DNA from: Planctomycetota bacterium | GTDB lineage: Bacteria; Planctomycetota; Planctomycetia; JALXBF01 | DNA: 20,000 bases | NCBI GenBank assembly: GCA_026991575.1 | Contig: JALXBF010000039.1 | Location: 54,965-74,964, forward strand | Direction: 5' to 3' | In this document: in pieces, positions 8,330-17,325 of the stretch | Layout of the letters: the number at the start of each line of letters is the position of its first letter | Position numbering within the stretch: the stretch's first letter is position 1 | Notes under the pieces: model-generated | Seen by the model: the letters and a program-made list of their open reading frames with translations, nothing else | The model's database searches: none | Told to the model about the DNA's origin: nothing | Translations under genes and position numbers: made by a program

Positions 8330-9510
8330 GCCGCCGCGCCGTCGGCCGACTCAAGGCTTCGGCAGCGGCTCAGGCCCAGAACCAGGCCTACGGCAAGCAG
8401 GCTGGCCGTCAGATTCGAACCGCCGTAGCTGATGAACGGCAGCCCGATGCCTTTCGGTGGCAGCAGCGCAAGCACGACGGCAATGTGAATGAGCGCCTGC
8501 AGCGTCAGGGCCAGGACAAGGCCGCGGACGGCCAGCTGACCGAAGGCCGTCGGTGCAGCTGCGGCCAGCAGCCAGCCGCTCCAGAGAAACGCAACCCAGC
8601 CGGCAATGATCAACAGGGCGCCGACCAGGCCGAGTTCCTCGCCGATGACCGCGAACACGTAGTCCGTGCTGGCTTCTGGCAAGAAACCGAGCTTCTGCCA
8701 GCCGGCACCCAGACCCGTGCCCCATAGGCCCCCTGAGACAAACGAAAGGATCGATTGCTTCACCTGGTAGGGCGCGTCGGCCAGATGGGACCACGCTTGC
8801 ACGAAGCCGACGATGCGCGCCATGCGGTACGGTTCGGCCAGAAGCGCCAGGACGGTCACAGCACCGCCTGCGATGCCCAGGGCAACCAGGTGCGTAACAG
8901 GCAACCCGCCAAGAAAGGCCACGGCCAAGGTCAGCACGGCGATCAGCAAGCCACCGCCGAAATCGGGTTCAGCCACCACCAGTGCGGCGGCAATGAGTCC
9001 CGGGCCCAGACAACCAAACGTATCGGGCCAGCGCCATCGGGGACCGTCGCCACCGCCTGTTGCCGTGACGGCCGCCGCTCGGCGGGCTGTGTAGAGGATC
9101 ACGGCCAGCCGGGCAAACTCGCTCCACTGTACCGTGATCGGCCCGAGCACGAACCAGCGGCGTGCCCCGTTGATCGGTCGCGTGACCCCTGGCATCAAGA
9201 GCACCGCCAGGCCGGCGACCGCCAACAGGTACGCTGCCGGTGCCACGCGTAGCCAGAACCGATCCGGCAGCCGCGCGGCCACTGCCGCAACGACCGTGCC
9301 GATGGTGGCGAACACCAGTTGGCGCACGAAGGCCTCCTGGTGTCTCAGGGTGGGTTGGGCCGTGATCGAACTGCCCGGGACGATAAGCAGTCCAAGGACG
9401 ACGAACAGTGCGGTGAGGAACGCGATCAGCACCGCGGCCGCCGGCGGCTCAGGCCGCAACGGCCGCACCACCTCGCCGCCTCGAACGGCTTGGAGCGCCG
9501 TGTCGGCCAT
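8326..9510 (-). CDS. ftsW: SEDS family peptidoglycan glycosyltransferase FtsW
   Basis: Polytopic membrane protein with GARRW, QWSEFAR, EPDFG, YQVKQS, LPEASTDYVFAVIGEELG and PPKGIGLPFISYGGS. Directly upstream of murG. ATG 9510 preferred over TTG 9633. Confidence 0.9.
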   Translation of the reverse strand: MADTALQAVRGGEVVRPLRPEPPAAAVLIAFLTALFVVLGLLIVPGSSITAQPTLRHQEAFVRQLVFATIGTVVAAVAARLPDRFWLRVAPAAYLLAVAGLAVLLMPGVTRPINGARRWFVLGPITVQWSEFARLAVILYTARRAAAVTATGGGDGPRWRWPDTFGCLGPGLIAAALVVAEPDFGGGLLIAVLTLAVAFLGGLPVTHLVALGIAGGAVTVLALLAEPYRMARIVGFVQAWSHLADAPYQVKQSILSFVSGGLWGTGLGAGWQKLGFLPEASTDYVFAVIGEELGLVGALLIIAGWVAFLWSGWLLAAAAPTAFGQLAVRGLVLALTLQALIHIAVVLALLPPKGIGLPFISYGGSNLTASLLAVGLVLGLSRCRSLESADGAAA

Positions 9511-9773
9511 TGTTTCGAACAAGGCCTCGTCTGAGAGAGCGTGACACGCAGGGCGGTGGCCAGCCGGAACAGCAAGTCGCGCGCGGCCTTGCAGAGCCGG
9601 CGCATGCTCCGGGCGGGGCCTTACCCTTAACAATCGGTACAGCCACGGTTATCCTTTAGTCTTGGGCATCCGGCGGCCGGATCGTCCGGCGCGGAGGCAC
9701 TGTCCCGTTCGGCATGCAACAAGAAGACGCACTGCGAGCGACCTGCGCGGGGGGCTCGAGGAGCGGCTACCGT

Positions 9774-10931
9774 ATGACTCCAGCTAGAATCACGTTGCCG
9801 CACGCCGAGACGTTCAAGCGGCTTGCGCTCGAGGTAGCAACCACCGCTGCGATCGTCATCGCCGCCTTCAGTAACATCTGGCCCCGCGGGCGCGATCTGA
9901 CGGCAGCCGTCCTGGGGCAGGACGTCGGCCCAAAGGGCAACGCCTTGTTTCGCGGTATCTTCGTAACCGTGCTGACACCGTTCACGGCCGAGGGAAACAT
10001 CGACGTGCGCGCCCTGGAAGCGCAGCTCCGCTACCTGGTCGACGCCGGCGTCCATGGACTGTTAGTGCTTGGCTCCATCGGCGAAGGGCCATACCTGACG
10101 GACGAACAACGTGAGCGTGTGTTGGAGGTCGTGCAGCGGGAAGTTGACGGCCGTCTGCCGGTCGTGGTCGGGATCACGGCAGCTTCGACCGCTCAAGCGA
10201 CCGCGCACGCGCTGCAAGCAGCACGGTACGGCGCCGATGCCCTGACGGTGGCGTTACCGGTTTACTACTCGGTCGATCTCAGCGCGCTGAAGCGTCATCT
10301 GCTGGCCGTTGCCCGCGCGTCTGGTTTGCCTGTGCTGTTCTACTACTACCCGGACGCCTACCGCGGCGTGCTGAAGCCCGCGCAGATCGCCGAACTGCTG
10401 CGTGAGCCGGAAATCATCGGCGTGAAGGAAAGCATTCTGGACATGGCCCACATTGAGCGGCAGATCGTGAAGGTGCGGGACCCGTCGAAAGTCTTTTGGG
10501 CTGGGACGACGCTGGCCATGCCCGAGGTCATGGAGCTGGGTGGCGACGGGGCTGCGTCGGTGGTCGGTCTGCTGATGCCGCGGACCGCTGTAGCCCTGTA
10601 CCGAGCGGTTCAGGCAGGCGACCGTGCCCAGGTCGAACGCCTCCGAGGCAAGCTGTTCCGTGCGTTACCGTTGCTGCAACGCAACGCGATGAATCCGCTG
10701 CTGGCTCATGCCGGCTTCCTCGCCGCGCTCCGCGGGCAGGTACCCTTAAACCTTGGTGCCGAAAGCACTCACGCCCGGCTCAAGGCGGCACTGCGCTATC
10801 GGGGAATCCCGATCGAACCGTACGTCGCAGCGCCTCTACCCCCCCTGACTGCCCACGAAGAACAACTGGTGCGCCGTACCATGGAGGAACTGCTCCGGCT
10901 CGAACCGAATGTGGAGAGCTCAGATGAGTGA
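9774..10931 (+). CDS. dihydrodipicolinate synthase / N-acetylneuraminate lyase family class I aldolase (probably not true DapA)
   Basis: FRGIFVTVLTPF, GSIGE, PVYY, FYYYP and Schiff-base GVKES. ATG 9774 has GAGGAG upstream. An alternative TTG start lies at 9945. Confidence 0.88.
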   Translation: MTPARITLPHAETFKRLALEVATTAAIVIAAFSNIWPRGRDLTAAVLGQDVGPKGNALFRGIFVTVLTPFTAEGNIDVRALEAQLRYLVDAGVHGLLVLGSIGEGPYLTDEQRERVLEVVQREVDGRLPVVVGITAASTAQATAHALQAARYGADALTVALPVYYSVDLSALKRHLLAVARASGLPVLFYYYPDAYRGVLKPAQIAELLREPEIIGVKESILDMAHIERQIVKVRDPSKVFWAGTTLAMPEVMELGGDGAASVVGLLMPRTAVALYRAVQAGDRAQVERLRGKLFRALPLLQRNAMNPLLAHAGFLAALRGQVPLNLGAESTHARLKAALRYRGIPIEPYVAAPLPPLTAHEEQLVRRTMEELLRLEPNVESSDE

Positions 10932-12099
10932 ATCGCCCCGGCGGCGGATCTACCTGGACTACAACGCCACCTGTCCGCTGGCCGACCCGGTGCGGGAAGC
11001 GATCCAGGCCGCCGCGGAAGGCCCTTTCGGTAACCCATCAAGTACACACTGGGCCGGGCAAGAGGCCCGAGCTGCTCTAACGGAAGCGCGACGCCAGCTG
11101 GCCTTGCTGCTGGGCGCCACCGAGCAAGAGATCGTCTTCACCAGCGGCGGCAGTGAAGCGAACAACTTTGCGATCAAAGGGATCTTCTGGCGTGCGGCCC
11201 AGCGCTTCCGGCACCCGCATTTCGTAACCAGCGCCATTGAACATCCGGCCGTACACGCTCCTCTTGGCTTCCTGCAGCGGCTGGGCGCCGAGGTTACCTT
11301 TGTGCCGGTGGACCGCTTCGGGCAAGTCGACCCGGACGACGTCCGCCGAGCACTCCGGCCACAGACCGTGCTGGTCACGATCATGCACGCCAACAACGAA
11401 GTGGGCACCTTGCAGCCGATTGCCGAAATTGCTCGCATCTGTCGCGAACATGACGTGTGCTTCCACACGGATGCCGCCCAATCGGTGGGGAAAACCACGG
11501 TCGACGTAGCCCGGCTCGGCTGTGACCTGCTATCGCTGGCCGGTCACAAGTTCTACGCGCCCAAAGGGGTCGGCGCACTGTACGTGCGTGAGGGGGTTGA
11601 GCTGGAGCCGCTGGTGCACGGGGCCGGTCACGAGCGCGGCCGTCGCGCGGGCACGGAAAACCTCCTGTTGGACGTGGCCCTTGGAGCAGCCGCCGAGCTG
11701 GCCCGTACCGATCCGGCCGAAGCACACCTGAAGAGCCTGGCCGACCGCTTGCTTGAGCGCCTCCACGAGTTGCTTGATGATGCGGTGGTGCTCAACGGCC
11801 ATCCCACGGAGCGTATCCCGAACACGGTCAACGTTAGCTTCTTGGGAGTAAGCGGCCGTGAGTTGTTGGAGCGGGTACCGGACGTTGCCGCTTCCACCGG
11901 CTCGGCCTGCCACGAGCGCGGTGGGGCCGTCTCACACGTGCTGGCGGCCATGGGCCTGGACCGCGCCCGACAGTTGGGCGCCGTACGGCTCAGCGTCGGT
12001 CGAATGACCACGCAAGATGAGGTGGATGAAGCCGCCGAATTGCTGGCGACTGCGTATCGGCATCTGACCGGGCGTTCCACAGAGAGCGTATCGGTGTGA
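10924..12099 (+). CDS. group I (IscS/NifS-like) PLP-dependent cysteine desulfurase
   Basis: IYLDYNAT, GNPSS, FTSGGSEANN, EHPAV, HANNEVG, HTDAAQ, GHKFYAPKG (PLP Lys), RAGTEN and STGSAC (catalytic Cys). Overlaps the upstream gene by 8 nt. Confidence 0.93.
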   Translation: MSESPRRRIYLDYNATCPLADPVREAIQAAAEGPFGNPSSTHWAGQEARAALTEARRQLALLLGATEQEIVFTSGGSEANNFAIKGIFWRAAQRFRHPHFVTSAIEHPAVHAPLGFLQRLGAEVTFVPVDRFGQVDPDDVRRALRPQTVLVTIMHANNEVGTLQPIAEIARICREHDVCFHTDAAQSVGKTTVDVARLGCDLLSLAGHKFYAPKGVGALYVREGVELEPLVHGAGHERGRRAGTENLLLDVALGAAAELARTDPAEAHLKSLADRLLERLHELLDDAVVLNGHPTERIPNTVNVSFLGVSGRELLERVPDVAASTGSACHERGGAVSHVLAAMGLDRARQLGAVRLSVGRMTTQDEVDEAAELLATAYRHLTGRSTESVSV

Positions 12100-13049
12100 G
12101 TTGTGGAGTTGCGGTGGTGAAGGTAACCAAGCGTTTTGTCTTCGAGCAGGCACCTTTCCGCGAGTGCCATGCGTCGACGATCGTCCAGGTCGCGCCCAAC
12201 CGGTTCCTGTGTGCGTTCTTCGCCGGGGCGCGTGAGGGTGCGCGGGATGTGGCCATCTGGCTGGCCGAGTACGAGAACGGCGCGTGGCGCGGTCTGCGCA
12301 AGGTGGCCGAAGAGCGGGGTATCCCGTGCTGGAATCCGGTGCTGTTTCGCTACGGTCCAGCAATCTGGCTCTTCTACAAGGTCGGCCCCAGTCCGCAGAC
12401 CTGGAGTGGCTACTACAAGAAGTCGACCGACGGCGGACAGAGCTGGTCTCCGCCCGAGCTGCTGCCCGCCGGACTACTCGGGCCGATCAAGAACAAACCT
12501 CTCGTGCTCGCAGACGGCACTATCCTGGCCGGCAGCTCCGTGGAAAGCTACAACACGTGGGCCGTCTGGGTGGAACGCTCCGAGGACGGCATGAAGAGCT
12601 GGCAGAAGCTGGGACCGATCTACGACCCGGAGGAACTGTACGGCGTGATCCAACCCACGATCTGGATCGTGGAGGGCAACCATCTGCGCATGGCCATGCG
12701 CGCGACGCGGCGCATCGGAGTCGTCTGCATGGCAGACAGCTTCGACGGCGGCCGAACGTGGACCACAGCCAGACGCACGCAGATCCCTCACCCCAGCAGC
12801 GGGCTGGACGCCGTGCGGTTGCAAGACGGTCGTGTCTTGCTGGTACACAACCCGACGCGCACCGGCCGCAGTCCGCTGATCGTGTCCGTCTCCGACGACG
12901 GCGGCAACCGCTGGCGTCCATGGCTGACGCTGGAGGATGAACCGGGCGAGTACTCGTACCCCGGGATCATTGAGGCCGACGACGGTTCGGTGCACATCGT
13001 CTACACCTGGCGCCGCCGCCGCATCCGGCACGCCGTGCTGGAACCATAA
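12096..13049 (+). CDS. BNR/Asp-box beta-propeller protein (sialidase-like fold)
   Basis: Four Asp boxes (STDGGQSW, SEDGMKSW, SFDGGRTW, SDDGGNRW), plus CHASTI, WNPVLF, GPIKNKP and EYSYP. GTGA overlap with the upstream stop. No signal peptide seen. Confidence 0.88.
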   Translation: MSCGVAVVKVTKRFVFEQAPFRECHASTIVQVAPNRFLCAFFAGAREGARDVAIWLAEYENGAWRGLRKVAEERGIPCWNPVLFRYGPAIWLFYKVGPSPQTWSGYYKKSTDGGQSWSPPELLPAGLLGPIKNKPLVLADGTILAGSSVESYNTWAVWVERSEDGMKSWQKLGPIYDPEELYGVIQPTIWIVEGNHLRMAMRATRRIGVVCMADSFDGGRTWTTARRTQIPHPSSGLDAVRLQDGRVLLVHNPTRTGRSPLIVSVSDDGGNRWRPWLTLEDEPGEYSYPGIIEADDGSVHIVYTWRRRRIRHAVLEP

Positions 13050-13122
13050 TCACCACGCGTCCGGCCGGCAGATTTTTCCGGGCAATGAAAGAGCGGGCTG
13101 GTCCCGCTGGCGCAGGTCGGCG

Positions 13123-13191
13123 TTGACAATTGAGGGCAAAGGGCATGAAGTGGGTCGGGCAACCAAGGAACGGACAGGGAAGTCTTGAGGT
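13123..13191 (+). promoter_or_regulatory. putative murE promoter and ribosome-binding site
   Basis: TTGACA at 13123-13128, weak -10 TGAAGT at 17-bp spacing (13146-13151), and SD GAGGT at 13187-13191 before ATG 13197. Confidence 0.4.
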
Positions 13192-13196
13192 AAGCG

Positions 13197-14708
13197 ATGG
13201 ACCTACTGCGCCTGGACGGCACGCATGCCGTGTCGCTGCGTCGGCTGTTTCCGCGGTGCCGACTCAGCGGAGCCGATGAGCTGATCGTACGTTCGCTGGC
13301 GATCGACTCGCGCCAGCTCCAAGCCGGCGACCTCTTCGTGGCCATTCCCGGCTGCCGTTGCGACGGCCATCGGCATGTGCACGACGCGGTCCGTCGCGGG
13401 GCATCTGCTGTGCTGGCCTGTCGGCCGCTGGCAGGGCTCCCGGTACCAGTCGCCCAGGTGGCTGACATACGCCGTGCGTTGGCTGAACTCTGTTGGGCTC
13501 TGGTGGGCAACCCGCAGCGCCGTCTGAAGCTAGCCGGCATCACGGGCACGAACGGCAAGACCACCACGGCCTATCTGCTCCATGCGATCCTCAGCCAGCG
13601 CGGCCCTGCAGGCCTAAGCGGCACGATCGTTCGCCATGATGGCACGCATTATCGACCGGCCGGGCTGACCACCCCGCCCCCCACCGCCCTGGCGGACCTG
13701 TTGGCAGCCATGGTCGAGCACGGCTGTTGGGCAGCGGCCATGGAGGTCTCCAGTCATGCACTGGCTCAGCACCGCTGCAGCGGACTGAACTTCCATGTGG
13801 CCGTCTTCCTGAACCTCGCTCACGACCACCTTGACTATCACGGCGACTGGGAAGCGTACGCTGCGGCAAAACGGCAGCTTTTCGAGGAACTCCACCCCCA
13901 GGGCCGCGCGATCGCGTGGGCATCCGATCCGCGGACAGATCAGGTGACCGGACCAGCATCGGACCGCCGATGGCTGTTCGGCCTGGACGGGATCGGCGAC
14001 GTCGGCGGGACGATTGCGAGCATGGATCGTACGGGCACCGTTCTTCGGCTGGATCTGCCGACCGGAGCGGTCACCTGCCACCTGCGGCTCATCGGCCGCC
14101 ACAATGCGCTCAACGCGGTGGCTGCTGCAGCGGCCGCTGCAGCACTGGGCTGCGACCTGCCGGAAATCAAGCGTGGCCTGGAGCAGGTGCACTGCGTGCC
14201 CGGGCGGCTGGAGCGGGTCAGCCCGGCGGGCGGACCGGATGTCTACGTAGACTACGCGCACACTCCCGACGCCCTGGCCACGGCCCTTACCGCCCTGCGC
14301 GAGGCCATGGGCCGCAGCGGTCGACTGATCGTCGTCTTCGGCGCCGGCGGTGATCGCGATCGCAGCAAGCGCCCGAAGATGGGAGCCGTGGCGACTCGGT
14401 TCGCCGACGTGGTCATTCTTACCGACGACAACCCCCGCACCGAAGACCCCGCCCTGATCATCGGTGACATCCTCCGTGGCTGCCGCGACCGCGATGCGGT
14501 CGTTGTCCAAAGGGACCGAGCCTGTGCCATTGAGCTGGCGCTGGAACTGGCCAGACCCCACGACGTGGTCCTCATCGCAGGCAAAGGCCACGAGCAGTAC
14601 CAGATCGTCGGCACCCAACGGTTGCCATTCGATGACCGCGAGGTAGTACACGAGTGGTTCAGACGGCACGTGTGGGCCAGATGGCGTGCGGAGCAAGCGA
14701 CAGCGTGA
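13197..14708 (+). CDS. murE: UDP-MurNAc-L-Ala-D-Glu:meso-DAP ligase
   Basis: DSR, GITGTNGKTTT, LTTP, MEVSSHAL, DHLDYH, PGRLE, VDYAHTPDAL, FGAGGDRD, DNPR and AGKGHE. Confidence 0.97.
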   Translation: MDLLRLDGTHAVSLRRLFPRCRLSGADELIVRSLAIDSRQLQAGDLFVAIPGCRCDGHRHVHDAVRRGASAVLACRPLAGLPVPVAQVADIRRALAELCWALVGNPQRRLKLAGITGTNGKTTTAYLLHAILSQRGPAGLSGTIVRHDGTHYRPAGLTTPPPTALADLLAAMVEHGCWAAAMEVSSHALAQHRCSGLNFHVAVFLNLAHDHLDYHGDWEAYAAAKRQLFEELHPQGRAIAWASDPRTDQVTGPASDRRWLFGLDGIGDVGGTIASMDRTGTVLRLDLPTGAVTCHLRLIGRHNALNAVAAAAAAAALGCDLPEIKRGLEQVHCVPGRLERVSPAGGPDVYVDYAHTPDALATALTALREAMGRSGRLIVVFGAGGDRDRSKRPKMGAVATRFADVVILTDDNPRTEDPALIIGDILRGCRDRDAVVVQRDRACAIELALELARPHDVVLIAGKGHEQYQIVGTQRLPFDDREVVHEWFRRHVWARWRAEQATA

Positions 14709-16096
14709 GCGGGATCTGGCTGCAGCGGCTGGCACAGGTGGTGGACGCCGTCTGGTCCGGACCCACGCCTGAGACGCCATTGGCTGCGGGGGTCTGCATC
14801 GATTCCCGCACGCTGCAGCGTGGCGAGCTGTTCTGGGCTTTGCCAGGGACGCGTACCGACGGGCATCGGTTCGTTACGGACGCAGCCACCCGGGGCGCCG
14901 TGGCCGCGGTCGTCTCCCGTCCGCTGGAGCACAGCCCGGCCCCGCTGCTGGTGGTCCCCGACACAGTAGCTGCCCTGGCCAGGGCCGCCGCATGGTACCG
15001 TTCCTGTCTAAGCGCCACCGTGATCGGCATCACCGGTTCGGCCGGCAAAACAACCACCAAGCAGATGCTCGCCACGGTGCTGGCCGGTGAGCTTGCCGTA
15101 CATGCCACGCCCGGGAACCAGAACAACCTGCTCGGGTTGCCGCTAACCATCTTGAACACCCCGCGAGCCACGGAAATGCTCGTCCTGGAACACGGCACCA
15201 GCGAGCCAGGCGAGATCCGTTCGTTGGCTGCCATCAGCAGACCGCACTGGGCTGTGTTGACCACAATCGGAGCCGCTCACCTTGCCGGCCTTGGCTCCAT
15301 TGAAGGTGTGCTTCGTGAGAAGCTCGACCTGGTGCGTACCCTGCCGCGTGATGGTCTGGCGTTCGTGAACGCCGACTGTGAGCACCTGGCCAAACTGCGC
15401 GACCGGAGGATGCACTGCCGGATCGTCTGGTACGGTTTCGGCCACATGGCTCGCCTCCTCGGACCGCGAGCTACGTGGCGTACGACCAGCGACGGCTCGG
15501 AGCTGGTCGTGGACGGCGATTGCTTCCGGTTGCCGGTTCAGGGGCGACCGTTTGCTTACGCGGCCCTGGTGGCCGTGCTCGTTGCCCGGGAACTGGGCCT
15601 GAGCCGGCAGGCGATTGCCAACGGGCTTGCTGCGTTCCGCCCGCTGAGTGGTCGCCTCCGTGTGGTGGATGCCGGTCCAGCGCGGATTATCGACGATAGC
15701 TACAACGCGAACCCGGTCTCGCTAGAGGCCTGCGTGGAGCTGCTCGACGAGCTCGCTCGCCGACACGGCCGGCACCGGGTGCTGGTGCTCGGGGACATGC
15801 TCGAACTGGGCCCCGACGCCGAACGCGAACACCGACGACAGGGCACACGCCTGGCGGAGAAGCTTGACGTTGTCATCGCCGTTGGTGAACTGGCCGAAGC
15901 ATTCGCCACCGCGGCCGCCGCGGCGAACCCGTCCTGCCGGAGGGTGCGAGCACGCGACGCGGAGCAAGCCGCTACCGCCTGTCTTCCGCTGCTTGCCTCT
16001 GCCGTGATCGCAGTGAAAGGGTCCAGGGCGATGCGGCTGGATCAGACCGTGGCCGCGCTCCTTCGGCGCGCCGGTCCCACGATCCGGGTGGCCTAG
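14705..16096 (+). CDS. murF: UDP-MurNAc-tripeptide:D-Ala-D-Ala ligase
   Basis: GTGA overlap with the murE stop. DSR, GITGSAGKTTTK, NNLLGLPLT, GEI, IDDSYNANP, LGDMLELG and KGSR. Confidence 0.95.
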   Translation: MSGIWLQRLAQVVDAVWSGPTPETPLAAGVCIDSRTLQRGELFWALPGTRTDGHRFVTDAATRGAVAAVVSRPLEHSPAPLLVVPDTVAALARAAAWYRSCLSATVIGITGSAGKTTTKQMLATVLAGELAVHATPGNQNNLLGLPLTILNTPRATEMLVLEHGTSEPGEIRSLAAISRPHWAVLTTIGAAHLAGLGSIEGVLREKLDLVRTLPRDGLAFVNADCEHLAKLRDRRMHCRIVWYGFGHMARLLGPRATWRTTSDGSELVVDGDCFRLPVQGRPFAYAALVAVLVARELGLSRQAIANGLAAFRPLSGRLRVVDAGPARIIDDSYNANPVSLEACVELLDELARRHGRHRVLVLGDMLELGPDAEREHRRQGTRLAEKLDVVIAVGELAEAFATAAAAANPSCRRVRARDAEQAATACLPLLASAVIAVKGSRAMRLDQTVAALLRRAGPTIRVA

Positions 16097-16100
16097 CGAC

Positions 16101-17198
16101 ATGTTGCTCGCCGTCGTCCGAGCGATCGAGTGGTTCGTAGGGGGCAGTGCTGCTCAGGCCAGCCTGCTCGATTCGATCACATTCCGCGCCGCTGCTGCCG
16201 CGGTGCTGGCTTTCGTGCTATCGCTGGTATGTGGCCCCCGTGCCATCGCATGGTTGGGAAGACGCTTCTGCGAACCGATCATAACCCCCTCGTCAACGCT
16301 GAGAGCGCTGCACCAGGCCAAGCAGGGGACGCCCACGATGGGCGGCCTGTTGATCCTGGCAACTAGCCTGGCCAGCGTGCTGCTCTGGTCCGATCTGACG
16401 AACCCCCTGCTGCTTGCCGGCACGGTGTACTACGCAGCGCTGGGTGTGGTCGGCGTAATTGACGATTGGCGCAAGGCGACGGGTCATCGGAAGCGCGGGC
16501 TAGAGGAGTGGGAGAAGCTGGCTGCCGAGGCGGTGCTCAGCGGTCTTGTTCTCCTTTTTCTCTATGTCATAGGGCGGCCCGCTGGCTGGCAGCCCGTGCT
16601 CTACGTTCCGGTGGTTGACGTCGCCTGGCCGCTGGGCATCCTGGGCGTTCCGTGGTTCCTGGTGGTGATGCTCGGAGCGACCAACGCCGTGAACCTGACC
16701 GACGGGCTCGATGGCCTTGCGGCAGGCTGCTATGTGTTCGCGGGCGGTGCGGTCGGAGTGGTTGTGTACATCGCCGGCCATGCCGTGCTGGCCGAACACT
16801 TCGGCATGCTCCACGTGCCGGCTGCCGGGGAGGTGACGGTCCTGGTGGGAGCAGCCGTGGGGGCAAGTCTCGGGTTCCTATGGTTCAACTGCCATCCCGC
16901 CCAGGTGTTCATGGGCGATACCGGAGCGCTGGCACTGGGCGGGCTGCTTGCGTACGCCGCCGTGGTGGCCCACCAGGAACTGCTCATGGCCCTGGCCTGC
17001 GGCGTGTACGTGGCCGAGGCCGTCAGTGTGCTGTTGCAACGTGCGTACTTCCGCCGCACCGGCCGACGGCTCTTTCGCTGCGCGCCACTTCATCATCACT
17101 TCCAGTTCCTTGGCTGGCCGGAGAACCGCATCGTGGTGCGTTTCTGGATTGTGGCGGCCATCTGTGCGCTGGCAGCCACGGCCGTGTTACGGCTCTGA
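16101..17198 (+). CDS. mraY: phospho-N-acetylmuramoyl-pentapeptide transferase
   Basis: KQGTPTMGG, IDD, NAVNLTDGLDGL, FLWFNCHPAQVFMGDTG and APLHHHF. Polytopic membrane protein following murF. Confidence 0.97.
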   Translation: MLLAVVRAIEWFVGGSAAQASLLDSITFRAAAAAVLAFVLSLVCGPRAIAWLGRRFCEPIITPSSTLRALHQAKQGTPTMGGLLILATSLASVLLWSDLTNPLLLAGTVYYAALGVVGVIDDWRKATGHRKRGLEEWEKLAAEAVLSGLVLLFLYVIGRPAGWQPVLYVPVVDVAWPLGILGVPWFLVVMLGATNAVNLTDGLDGLAAGCYVFAGGAVGVVVYIAGHAVLAEHFGMLHVPAAGEVTVLVGAAVGASLGFLWFNCHPAQVFMGDTGALALGGLLAYAAVVAHQELLMALACGVYVAEAVSVLLQRAYFRRTGRRLFRCAPLHHHFQFLGWPENRIVVRFWIVAAICALAATAVLRL

Positions 17199-17325
17199 AC
17201 GCTGCCATGATGAACGGTTCCCGGCCCGCCCGAGCCGAGCGTCTCGGCACGATCGAGCCCGCGGCGTGTGGTCACGCGAGCATCCCAGCAGGACCCAACG
17301 CTCTTGCGGCGTAGGCCGTCAGGAT

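Noticed and set aside
9774..10931. Calling the aldolase dapA because it sits among DAP-type peptidoglycan genes
   Set aside because: It lacks the Arg138 equivalent and the GTTGE motif typical of true DapA.
12096..13049. Calling the propeller a true sialidase
   Set aside because: Asp boxes alone are not diagnostic, and no (F/Y)RIP motif is present.
13092..13108. Hairpin AGCGGG-N5-CCCGCT as an intrinsic terminator
   Set aside because: The stem is short and there is no U-tract on the + strand, so support is insufficient.
13614..14780. 388-aa antisense ORF over murE
   Set aside because: Antisense shadow of a well-conserved gene, with no recognisable domain.
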